Source of the DNA: an uncultured delta proteobacterium | GTDB taxonomy: Bacteria > Desulfobacterota > Binatia > UBA9968 | DNA length: 64,000 nt | Reading direction: 5' to 3' | Assembly (NCBI GenBank): GCA_963745835.1 | Contig: CAVUZH010000022.1 | Coordinates: forward strand, 128,001-192,000 | Part shown: positions 18,517 to 27,168 of the stretch, one piece after another | How positions within the stretch are numbered: the first letter of the stretch is position 1 | Layout of the letters: the number at the start of each line of letters is the position of its first letter | Program-made: the position numbers and the translations under genes | Notes under the pieces: model-generated | What the model was told of the DNA's origin: nothing | Seen by the model: the letters and a program-made list of their open reading frames with translations, nothing else | Database searches by the model: none

Positions 18517-18734
18517 TGCGTTTCCCTCCCAGTTCTTCTCTCTTCTATCGCCAGATGCGGCAACGCTCAAGCAGTCGAACAGCGGGCTTGATCTGGCCAT
18601 TACTCGCCGATTACGCCGATCATCCAACTGTCGCCTGTTAGCTGTCCCATCAAACTGCGCAATCAAAGTCATCTTGCTTTGGCAAACCAATTCAGTAGAC
18701 ATAAGACTAATTATATCTAATCAGGGACACCTCA

Positions 18735-19436
18735 ATGAAGCTAAAAGACAAAGTCGCGCTGGTCACCGGCGGAGCAAGAGGAATCGGTAAAGCCGTCGCC
18801 CTGGCTTACGCGCGCGAGGGCGCCAGGTTGGCGATTTGCGCGCGCACGACATCGGAGATCGATGAGACGGTTCAAGAGATTCAAAAGTTGAAAGCAGAGG
18901 CCAAAGGTTGGTCCTGCGATGTCTCCGTCGAAGATTCGGTTAAAGACTTTGTCGGCGATGTTATAAAAGACTTCGGACGTATCGACGTGTTGGTGAATAA
19001 CGCGGGAGTGATGACCCGGCCGGTTCCAATCACTCAGCTCGAAGTGAAGAAGTGGGATTATACGATTGCGGTAAATTTGCGCGGACCATTTCTCATAACT
19101 CAGTCGGTGTTGCCCGTCATGATCAAGCAAAAAAGCGGCTCGATCATCAACGTTTCATCGACGGTGGGACGCGGCGCCTACGCCAACTTTATCGCCTATG
19201 CCACTTCAAAATGGGGACTGGAAGGATTTACTCAGACCCTGGCCGCTGAAGTCCGCGCGTCAAACATTCGTGTCAACTCCGTAGAACCAGGTTACGTGGC
19301 AACCAAATTGACAGGCTATAGCGGCAGTCGCCCGGAATCTGTGACCGATGTTTTTCTTTATTTAGCATCGGATGAAGCGAACGGGATCACCGGCAAAATG
19401 CTGAGCTCCTCAGGATGGAAGTCTCAAATAAAATAA
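18735..19436 (+). CDS. SDR family NAD(P)-dependent oxidoreductase
   Basis: TGGARGIG, NNAG, YATSK, PG motifs. Confidence 0.93.
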   Translation: MKLKDKVALVTGGARGIGKAVALAYAREGARLAICARTTSEIDETVQEIQKLKAEAKGWSCDVSVEDSVKDFVGDVIKDFGRIDVLVNNAGVMTRPVPITQLEVKKWDYTIAVNLRGPFLITQSVLPVMIKQKSGSIINVSSTVGRGAYANFIAYATSKWGLEGFTQTLAAEVRASNIRVNSVEPGYVATKLTGYSGSRPESVTDVFLYLASDEANGITGKMLSSSGWKSQIK

Positions 19437-19477
19437 ACGCCCCGGGGCGAAGTTCCGATTCAGCTCTAGTTCCATCA

Positions 19478-20494
19478 TCATCCCCTCGTCGGCACCCCGT
19501 CTGGATAGATCTGTTTGAGCAAGCCGTCGTCGATGAGCTGCTTCATAAAGCGGTTGTCGACAAATTCAGCGATGAAAGCCTCGGCCTGCTGGCCCGATAC
19601 TCCTAGATGTTCGAGAATGCTTCTCACCCCTTCGGCAGTCGGGGTGGGCACGGGCTCCATGTATTGGACTTCAGAATCATAGGTGTGTTGCAGGATCGCA
19701 CTATCAGAAACCCGGGTATACTTTTGTAAAATGCTCCTGGCTTCACTCGGGCGCCTTCTGATATAGGCGACTGCCTCGGTGATGCCGGCGACAAAGCTGC
19801 GCATGCGCGCCGGCTGTTTGGCGGTATAAGAACGCAGCACCGTAGTGCAATTTCCGGCATAGGGAATGTTCAGATCGCCTAGCTCCAGCAACGGCTTGAA
19901 GCCTGCCGCCGCAGCCTGGATATCGTTGGGCGGTGACGCAAAGATGCCGTGCACTCTGCCATTGGCCAGCGCGGCAAAGGCAGCGCTGGTGGAGCCGCTA
20001 TAGATGATCGAAACATCCTGCCCGGGCCTCATTCGCTCGCGTGCCATAAATAGTTTAGCGGCAAAATCGCTGGCGGAACCTGGATTGGCGACCGCGACAA
20101 CTTTCCCCCGCAGATCGGCAATCTTCTGGATTGCCGGGTGCACCATTATCTTGGACGTGAGCTTGTGAACCACACAGGAGGTAACCGCAACGTCTCCCCC
20201 GCTCAAGCGCATCTGCACCACAGGGGGCCCGGCGGAAAAATACACCTGTATGTCGCCGCTCACCAGGGCCGGCCTGCCTGCGGCGCGCGGCAGATAAATT
20301 GGCCTGACCTGCAGACCATGCTTTTCAAACAGCTTTGCATCGGTCCCGACCCAGAGAGGCAGGATCGATCCAGAGAGGGTTCCGTGTCCGGCGAGAATGG
20401 TCGGCCGTTCTTGAGCATGCGATGCTCTCGACGACAAAACGATGATCGCCAATGCAATCAGTTGTTGCCGTAAAAGGCGACGGTTCAGTCTCAT
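19478..20494 (-). CDS. ABC transporter substrate-binding protein, NMT1/SsuA-like
   Basis: Signal peptide; LWVGTDAKLFEKHGL, DLRGKVVAVANPGS. Confidence 0.87.
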   Translation of the reverse strand: MRLNRRLLRQQLIALAIIVLSSRASHAQERPTILAGHGTLSGSILPLWVGTDAKLFEKHGLQVRPIYLPRAAGRPALVSGDIQVYFSAGPPVVQMRLSGGDVAVTSCVVHKLTSKIMVHPAIQKIADLRGKVVAVANPGSASDFAAKLFMARERMRPGQDVSIIYSGSTSAAFAALANGRVHGIFASPPNDIQAAAAGFKPLLELGDLNIPYAGNCTTVLRSYTAKQPARMRSFVAGITEAVAYIRRRPSEARSILQKYTRVSDSAILQHTYDSEVQYMEPVPTPTAEGVRSILEHLGVSGQQAEAFIAEFVDNRFMKQLIDDGLLKQIYPDGVPTRG

Positions 20495-20755
20495 ATCAAC
20501 CTCACTGTAGGAACGATATTTCAGGCGCGCACGGGCGAAGCTGTGATTACGAATTAGCGCGCCAAAATAGAATGCACGTAGACATTTCAGTGCCTGGCTT
20601 GGCGCCAGTTTGCAAGCTGTTCAGGGGTCTGGACCGGCAGTTTTGTTTGTCGTGAAGTCAACCGAGGCGGGCAGCTTGATATAAATCCGAAGATCAACAG
20701 GCAGTTCGAGCCAAGTGTTCGCCGTGGGTTCTTGAGCAGAACGCTTCGTGAGTAA

Positions 20756-21142
20756 TCAAGAATGATTATCGTCGCAGTTTTGTGTGATTAGCTCGCCAAT
20801 CTTTCGCTTCAATTCTATCATTGTGAAGGGCTTGACGATGTAACTGTTGCAACCCGCTTCCAGGCAAGCATTGAGATCGGCACGGCGACACATCGCCGTA
20901 GCCGCGAGAATCGGGATGTCCTTGGTCTCGGGATTGTCGCGCACGGCCCGGCTCGCCTGCCAGCCATCCATCTCCGGCATCATGATGTCCATCAGGATTA
21001 AGTCCGGCTGCTCTGCAATCGCTTTTGCAATTCCTGTATAACCATTCTCGGCCGAGATCACCAAATAACCTAGCATTTCGAGTTGACATCGAAGTACTTC
21101 GCGTACGTCCGGGTTGTCGTCGACAATCAAAATTTTCGCCAT
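20756..21142 (-). CDS. Single-domain response regulator (DivK-like)
   Basis: KILIVDD, PDLILMDIMMPEMDG, IPILAATA, YIVKP; start MAKIL at 21142. Confidence 0.9.
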   Translation of the reverse strand: MAKILIVDDNPDVREVLRCQLEMLGYLVISAENGYTGIAKAIAEQPDLILMDIMMPEMDGWQASRAVRDNPETKDIPILAATAMCRRADLNACLEAGCNSYIVKPFTMIELKRKIGELITQNCDDNHS

Positions 21143-21293
21143 GCTAAGTGCTCCGGCGGTGCTCTCGGAACATGCCGGGGTACTATTATCGCCTAAGATT
21201 GTTGCCGGGCGCAAATGATTCAAATACTTACATGCAGGATATCGGCTGATATCTGAGGGGATCATGGGGGCTTGGCCGCGACCCCCAGATGGA

Positions 21294-22295
21294 CTAACGC
21301 AGGAGGGTCAATGCGACGGCGGCGAGCGCCGCGATCAATGCAGTGCCGGCCAGCCCTAAAGCCACGACAACGGCGGTACGCCATCGCGCCGCAACGCTTC
21401 GCCACTCGCTCACCGAATCGGATGCCGTGACACCGCCTTCAAAAAGCGACTGCTGCATTACTGATTTCGCCGAAAGCACGTCTTCGGCGGCCCTTTCAAA
21501 ATGCTCCTGCCCTATTTGCTTGCCTAGGTCGGGACCGGATTCGGCGGCAGCAGCGGCCGCTGCCTTGATAACCGCATTTTTGATGTCGCCGCCGCTCATC
21601 TGGTAGCGCTCGGCGAGCCGGCGGAAATCTACATCCGCCCCGAGCGGTGTCTTTTTCGGGTGAATTTGCAGCTCCCAAATACGGACGCGCTCCTCCACTC
21701 CCGGCATTTCAAACAACACATGGGTTCGAATGCGCCGCTCAAATGCCGGGTCAAAATTCGCCGCTAGGTTGGTCGCAAAGATCACGATGCCGTTGAAAGC
21801 TTCCAGCTCGCGGAGAAGAACGTTGATGGTCAGGTTGCTCTCGCGGTCGTGCGGCAAAATGCTCCCCGCCGAGCGGCGCGTTGCAATGGCATCAGCTTCA
21901 TCAAAAAACAGCACCGCGCTTTGCTCGGCGGCGGCGCGAAATGCCGCGACTATGTTTTTAGGCGTTTCCCCGAACCACATGGACTCTGCTTGAGCATAGT
22001 CGACAACGAGAAGCTTCAGGCCGAGTTCATGCGCAATAGCCTCGGCGCAGATGGTCTTTCCCGTCCCCGGCGCCCCGGCAAAATTAAAAGCTAAACCCCG
22101 TCCGGCAGTGTGCCGCTCACCTAAACCCCAACGGCCAAAGATCAGTTCATGATTTCGCACTTGAGCCAGCGCGTGCTCCAATGTCCGCCGGGTTTGAGGA
22201 GGGAGGACGACATCCGCCAACGTGCGCCCCGGGGTGACGGTTTCCACGACTCGTCGCGAGCGATTGGTAAAGAACGAAAACAGAGGAGTAGTCAT
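21294..22295 (-). CDS. Single-module AAA+ ATPase with a C-terminal membrane anchor
   Basis: Walker A GAPGTGKT, pore loop MWFGE, Walker B LFFDEAD, SRH ATNLAANFDPAFERRI, SGGDIKNA; C-terminal hydrophobic helix. Confidence 0.9.
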   Translation of the reverse strand: MTTPLFSFFTNRSRRVVETVTPGRTLADVVLPPQTRRTLEHALAQVRNHELIFGRWGLGERHTAGRGLAFNFAGAPGTGKTICAEAIAHELGLKLLVVDYAQAESMWFGETPKNIVAAFRAAAEQSAVLFFDEADAIATRRSAGSILPHDRESNLTINVLLRELEAFNGIVIFATNLAANFDPAFERRIRTHVLFEMPGVEERVRIWELQIHPKKTPLGADVDFRRLAERYQMSGGDIKNAVIKAAAAAAAESGPDLGKQIGQEHFERAAEDVLSAKSVMQQSLFEGGVTASDSVSEWRSVAARWRTAVVVALGLAGTALIAALAAVALTLLR

Positions 22296-22447
22296 AATTG
22301 ATTCTAATCAAAGACGCGGCTGGGTTTGTCTTCGACTTTTCCACGCCGGTCATAAAACCAAACTCTATTTACCGTGGTGTGTCTTGCCACCGAGTCGTTA
22401 TGTGTCGGGGCTTATCGCCTCAACATCCTGTAAATTCTGCCTGCCAA

Positions 22448-22828
22448 CTAATTTGAGATCGCGATGATTATAGCAGTCATGACAGCCACGATGCTGCAAA
22501 TCATCGCAACGATAGCGATAACATTTGCCCGACGTGAGTTAGCTGCGGCCAATTGGCTGAGGGTCATCGCCTCACGAGAACGAGATATAGCCTCCGCGGC
22601 CGCCGCAGCGGCCGTGCGCGCCGTGGAAAAAGCCTCTTCGGAATTCGCTAAGCCTTTTGTCTCCCGTGCAGCGCGGCGTTCGGATTCTTTGGAATTCAAC
22701 CATGCTTTAACGGCTGTCGATTTGGAGCTCCCAACCATTCCAAATTCCCCGCGTGCCAATCGCGTACGCACTTCCGCTTCGCCGATTCTCTCCAGCTCGC
22801 TCACTAGATCGTTTCCCCAGGACGTCAT
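22448..22828 (-). CDS. Hypothetical tail-anchored protein
   Basis: Helical Ala-rich body plus a C-terminal TM segment (ANVIAIVAMICSIVAVMTAIIIAI). Confidence 0.7.
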   Translation of the reverse strand: MTSWGNDLVSELERIGEAEVRTRLARGEFGMVGSSKSTAVKAWLNSKESERRAARETKGLANSEEAFSTARTAAAAAAEAISRSREAMTLSQLAAANSRRANVIAIVAMICSIVAVMTAIIIAISN

Positions 22829-22914
22829 TAGCTTATCCGTTTCAAACAGTTTAACTTACTACCAAAAAGGCCGTCCAGCCACACAGGCGATGCCTGGGGG
22901 TGGTTCTTTCGAAA

Positions 22915-22941
22915 AGATCTCTCACTTCGTTCGAGATGACA
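22915..22941. repeat. Single REP-like palindromic unit
   Basis: Minus strand TGTCATCTCGAACGAAGTGAGAGATCT resembles the GTCATT(C/T)CGAGCGAAGCGAG(G/A)AATCT short-repeat type. Confidence 0.5.
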
Positions 22942-23779
22942 GCTCCATACTCTGATGTGATTCCAAAATCCCCCGGTGAGACTCAGGATAAGCCCCCAGA
23001 GCGTTCTTTCCCTCGGGAACGATCAAAGCAACCTCGAACTGAACCACTACCAATTCCCGTTCGGCTGCTAATCCGTCCAAGCTCCCGGCTCTTCAGCGAT
23101 TTTCTTCCGATACGCAAGAAACCTGTGCCGATTATTCACAATATGGAAACACTTTCGGTGATAGGCTGGCCGAACATAGATCTGAGCTCGACAATCAGGC
23201 AAGGAAATCATCCGCATACAGCCGCACTTCGTTACGACAGCACCTCGCTTAAAAAGGCGCACATATTGCCGTACTGTTATATTATAAATGAGAAAAAGCT
23301 CTCTGCATTCGAAGATTCTCTGGCACAGGAAACAGAACTGTTGTATGTCGTGACAGTGGTGATCTTTATCTTGGTCTGCGATCTGATCATGGCCTGGATC
23401 GGCTCCCCGCGGAACGGCAATTCTCCCAAGTAGCTAGGAACGGCACCACTCTGATCATGTCCTTTTGAGCGAGAAAGAAGCGCATGAGACATTCGAATCC
23501 GAGAAACGTATGGGCATCTTCCCGCGATCGACCACTTTGCTTACGAAGCCGATTACCTTGTAAGAAATGGCGGGCCTGGTCCCGCATAACACGGCTCAAA
23601 CCCCCTGAAATCCAGTCTCCGCGCCCGCCATCTGCTGATCTGCCTGATGAATATGTGCCCGGCGTCATTAAAGGAAGTGAAATGACACGTGATAAGACAA
23701 GCTCGAAATTAGATCGCAAGTCTCGCGCACCGCATACCTAAGGATCGAATCGAGACGTATCACGATCAAGGAGAAGGCC

Positions 23780-24685
23780 ATGTTTACCAAACTACTTGTA
23801 CCGCTGGATGGATCAAAGACGGCTGAAAAGGCGCTGCCGTACGCCCGATATTTGGCACAGGACAAGAATGTTGTGGTTGAACTGTTGGCGGTAGTCGATG
23901 TCGCGAATATGGCGAGTTCTATGACTGCCGAACGGGCGCTGCACCTTGATACGATGGTGGACGACGCGGGTCGCGCCAGTGAGAAATACTTACAAGCGGT
24001 CGCCGGTACTTTAACTGCAGCTAAGATCAAAACGGTGGTGGACAGCGGCAGGCCTGAAGAGGTGATTATTGAAAAAGCCGCGGCGGACCAAGATACGTTG
24101 ATCACGATGGCGACCCATGGTCGTTCCGGCATGAACCGCTGGCTGCTCGGCAGCGTCGCCGAAAAAGTTCTCCGGGGGGCCAGCAATCCGGTGTTATTGA
24201 TTCGTGCAACAGAAAATACCAGAAGCGAAGACGGGCCGACGCTTAAGTCGCTGATAGTACCGCTGGACGGATCCGACTTGGCGGAAAGAGTATTGCCGAC
24301 GGCGATTGAGCTGGCCAAGCAGAAGAATCTGGATATCGTGTTGATCCGCACCTATAACATTCCGAGCACTGCATATGCCGGAGTCGAGGGGTATGCATTG
24401 CCGATAGACGATTTGCTGAACGAGATGAGAGAGGAAGCCTGTGAGTATCTCGAGAACAAGGTCGCCGATGTGAAGAAGCTCGGAATCGCCAGGGTATCCT
24501 TCACCGCCAAGGAAGGCTTACCCGCCGATGAAATCATATCCTTCGCCAAAAACCTTCCCGGCGGGCTGGTTACCATGTCGACTCACGGTCGTTCAGGGGT
24601 AAGGCGCTGGGTGCTGGGCAGCGTCACAGAAACGGTGGTGCGGCATTCGGAAAATCCAGTGCTGGTGATTCGAGCTTCAACGTAG
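23780..24685 (+). CDS. Universal stress protein with tandem Usp domains
   Basis: Two LVPLDGS...THGRSG..RW.LGSV.E.V repeats; SD AAGGAG. Confidence 0.93.
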   Translation: MFTKLLVPLDGSKTAEKALPYARYLAQDKNVVVELLAVVDVANMASSMTAERALHLDTMVDDAGRASEKYLQAVAGTLTAAKIKTVVDSGRPEEVIIEKAAADQDTLITMATHGRSGMNRWLLGSVAEKVLRGASNPVLLIRATENTRSEDGPTLKSLIVPLDGSDLAERVLPTAIELAKQKNLDIVLIRTYNIPSTAYAGVEGYALPIDDLLNEMREEACEYLENKVADVKKLGIARVSFTAKEGLPADEIISFAKNLPGGLVTMSTHGRSGVRRWVLGSVTETVVRHSENPVLVIRAST

Positions 24686-24801
24686 AAGCCGACGATGCCG
24701 GCGACTTGCGGTGCTGCTCAATGGATCAATGAGACGTTGTGCGTCTGATCGCATAGCGCTATCGGCTGGTGGGTCATTCTTCGTTGGATGGCTTGCGCGG
24801 G

Positions 24802-25563
24802 TCACCAACTATTCATAACTCGGCGCGGCCGCCAGTGATGGGCCTTATGCTCAGCCACATAATCCGAGCGCGCAAACAGTTTCACGAGCACAACTCCGGC
24901 TACGAATCCACCGACGTGAGCCCAGAAAGCGACGCCGCCTGCCTCTCCACCGAAAGACACCCAGCCGCTAACGAACTGAATCAGAAACCAGTAACCGAGC
25001 ATCACCCATGCCGGCAATGCCATTGAGGTAATGAAGAAACCAAGGACCAGCAATGTATAGACGCGCACTGTTGGATAAAGCAGCAGGTAGCCACCCATGA
25101 CTCCGCTGATCGCTCCGGACGCGCCAACCATTGGAATCGCCGAGTCGGGGCTGGTGATGATCTGGGCGGTTGCGGCCGTCAAACCGCACAAAAGATAGAA
25201 CACGACGAACCGCAATCGTCCCATGGAATCTTCGACATTATTGCCGAATAGCCACAAGAACCACATGTTACCCAACATATGCATCCACGAGCCATGCAAG
25301 AACATGTGCGTCAAGATATGGGAGAGCTGACGGCCGGGATCAGTAGCGCAGGCAATCCCCTCCCCTATGGGAAACTGCGTACCGGGCGCGATCGACCCCG
25401 TCAGTTCTCCGGGTATCAGCCCAAGCTCGCATACCGAGCGCGCCAGCGCCAACGTGCTACCGGCCCCTTGAACGAACAGCCAGGCAAACACATTTAGCGC
25501 AATCAGCGTCAGCGTCACGATCGCTGTACGTTGAGTCTCGTTTTCATCGCGATAAGGAAACAT
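24802..25563 (-). CDS. Rhomboid intramembrane serine protease
   Basis: HMFLHGSWMHMLGNM, GASGAISG, AFWAHVGGF. Confidence 0.93.
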   Translation of the reverse strand: MFPYRDENETQRTAIVTLTLIALNVFAWLFVQGAGSTLALARSVCELGLIPGELTGSIAPGTQFPIGEGIACATDPGRQLSHILTHMFLHGSWMHMLGNMWFLWLFGNNVEDSMGRLRFVVFYLLCGLTAATAQIITSPDSAIPMVGASGAISGVMGGYLLLYPTVRVYTLLVLGFFITSMALPAWVMLGYWFLIQFVSGWVSFGGEAGGVAFWAHVGGFVAGVVLVKLFARSDYVAEHKAHHWRPRRVMNSW

Positions 25564-26093
25564 GCGCGCTCCTCTCTTAATCTAATCTTAATCTAACTCC
25601 CAAGGGAGAGTAGAGTTTAGTTAGACAGCTGGCATTCCCGATGATTGCGAGCGTTCTCACTCAACATATCCGGCGGAATATAGTTGCGCTAGTGTTGCGT
25701 ACGTTGAGGTAGTCATACCCCGTTAAAACCGAAATGTGCATATGACGAAGTGAAGGAAAGTCACCGCAAAATGCCGTCTTATTTACAGATTCTCTGTCGG
25801 TTATATTCCGGCAAACATGCTGGCCCGGAAAATTGCTCCCGAACCCATAATTCTCCGTGCTTCCGCAAAAACTTTGTGGGTTTCATGCGTAAACGCTACA
25901 TGATCATAAGACGTCCACAGACGCTTAAACCCGTTGCCCTTTTCTCGATTTCGGTTGTCCGAACCAATCGCGACGTTAACCGCCTCTAGTCTTGTAGTTA
26001 ATTTTCAGAGTTATACAATTTCACCAGCGACATTGCGCGTTTTAGCTTCAGCAAATTCGTGCTTGGCCTATTAAGACACCTGAAGGAAAACCG

Positions 26094-26569
26094 ATGGCCA
26101 CGATCTTCTACATCAAAGCCGGTATGATACGCCGCGCGCAGACGCACCTACCCTTCTGCGCCTTTAGTTCTGTGATCTTTTCAGCGGCATTCCTATTTTT
26201 CGGTTGCAGCATCTTGCCTTTGAACTCGGAGCGCACGGCTATGCCGGCATTGGAGCCTTTTCGAAGGCGGAACTCAGCTTGCGCACGGCTGCGGAAGCCC
26301 GGGCTGACGAACTCGCTCCGATGGATTTGCAAAGAGCTAAGGAAAAATTGGAAAACGCCAGAAGAGCGATGGCGGCGGGGAGGAATACCGAAGCTCGCCG
26401 CCTCGCCGAAGCCGCTGATGTAGAAGCGGAGCTCGCCCAAGCAAAGGCTGAAGCCGAGATTATGCGTGTGGCTGCGGATCAACTTCGACTGCGCGGCGAC
26501 GCTCTGCGACAGGAAATGGAAGGCGCCGCAAGGCGGCGATCGGCGACGGAAGCACCAAAAGGCCAATGA
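26094..26569 (+). pseudogene. DUF4398-type lipoprotein split by a 1-nt frameshift near 26255-26261
   Basis: Lipobox FLFFGC in frame 26094; DUF4398-like helices (ARADELAPMDLQRAKEKLENARRAM...AELAQAKA) in frame 26204. Confidence 0.7.
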
Positions 26570-26922
26570 TGACTTCGAAAAGTATTTTGCAGAAGTGGAA
26601 AGGGAGGGCAACGGTGCTGTCGTTGCTGGCCTTGCTTTCGGCCTCATGCGTCGCCGAGGTGCGTAATCCCGCCTTGGAGCGTGGACGAAACGCCTACGAA
26701 AGAGTTCGGCGCGACCCGGCAGTTGTCGGGCGCGCCGCGGTTGCTTTGGAAAAAACCCGTTCGACTCTAGAAGAAGCCGAACGCGTCTGGGCCGAGGAAA
26801 AGGATGCTAACGAAGTCGAGCATCTGGTTTACCTCACCGAGAAAAGAGCCGAGATCGCCCTTGCTATCTCAAGACGCAGGATAGCGGCCGACGAAATCCA
26901 ACAGCTCAGACCACAGCGTTAA
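26566..26922 (+). CDS. DUF4398-type lipoprotein without an OmpA domain
   Basis: Lipobox LSASC; NPALE...EVEHLVYLTEKRAEIA; ATGA overlap with the upstream gene. Confidence 0.75.
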   Translation: MMTSKSILQKWKGRATVLSLLALLSASCVAEVRNPALERGRNAYERVRRDPAVVGRAAVALEKTRSTLEEAERVWAEEKDANEVEHLVYLTEKRAEIALAISRRRIAADEIQQLRPQR

Positions 26923-27100
26923 AGCATGCGCCGGCGCGCACAATGGCCTCAGGAGCCGATTATCACATCACCGCTGGCGTCGCCTTTGCAATCTCCGCCC
27001 CTGCGGCAAATTCGAGCACCAATAAACCCACCAGTCGGGCGCAAAAACTTGAACTTGCCTGGCACCATCAAGGTCGCTACTTGAGATGCTAGGGCGGCCA

Positions 27101-27143
27101 CAAACAACAAGGGGGCGAGCCGATTATTCGACTTGCCCCCTTG
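27101..27143 (-). terminator. Intrinsic terminator of the ubiD-family gene
   Basis: Minus strand CAAGGGGGCAAGTCGA-ATAA-TCGGCTCGCCCCCTTG followed by TTGTTTG. Confidence 0.65.
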
Positions 27144-27168
27144 ATTCGGATTGGAAACGTTCTAGCTC

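Noticed and set aside
22900-23741. ORFs 22900-23433, 23068-23262, 23387-23719 and 23484-23741
   Set aside because: Mutually overlapping, Pro/Ser/Arg-rich, no motifs; only the hydrophobic tail was kept as a low-confidence microprotein.
25572-25626. CTTAATCTAAT repeats with a loose complementary arm upstream of the rhomboid gene
   Set aside because: Short, low-complexity and imperfect; no function can be supported.
25821-25837. Sigma54-like TGGC...TTGC site (similar ones near 3280 and 20600)
   Set aside because: GG-to-GC spacing is 11 or 9 nt, not the required 10.
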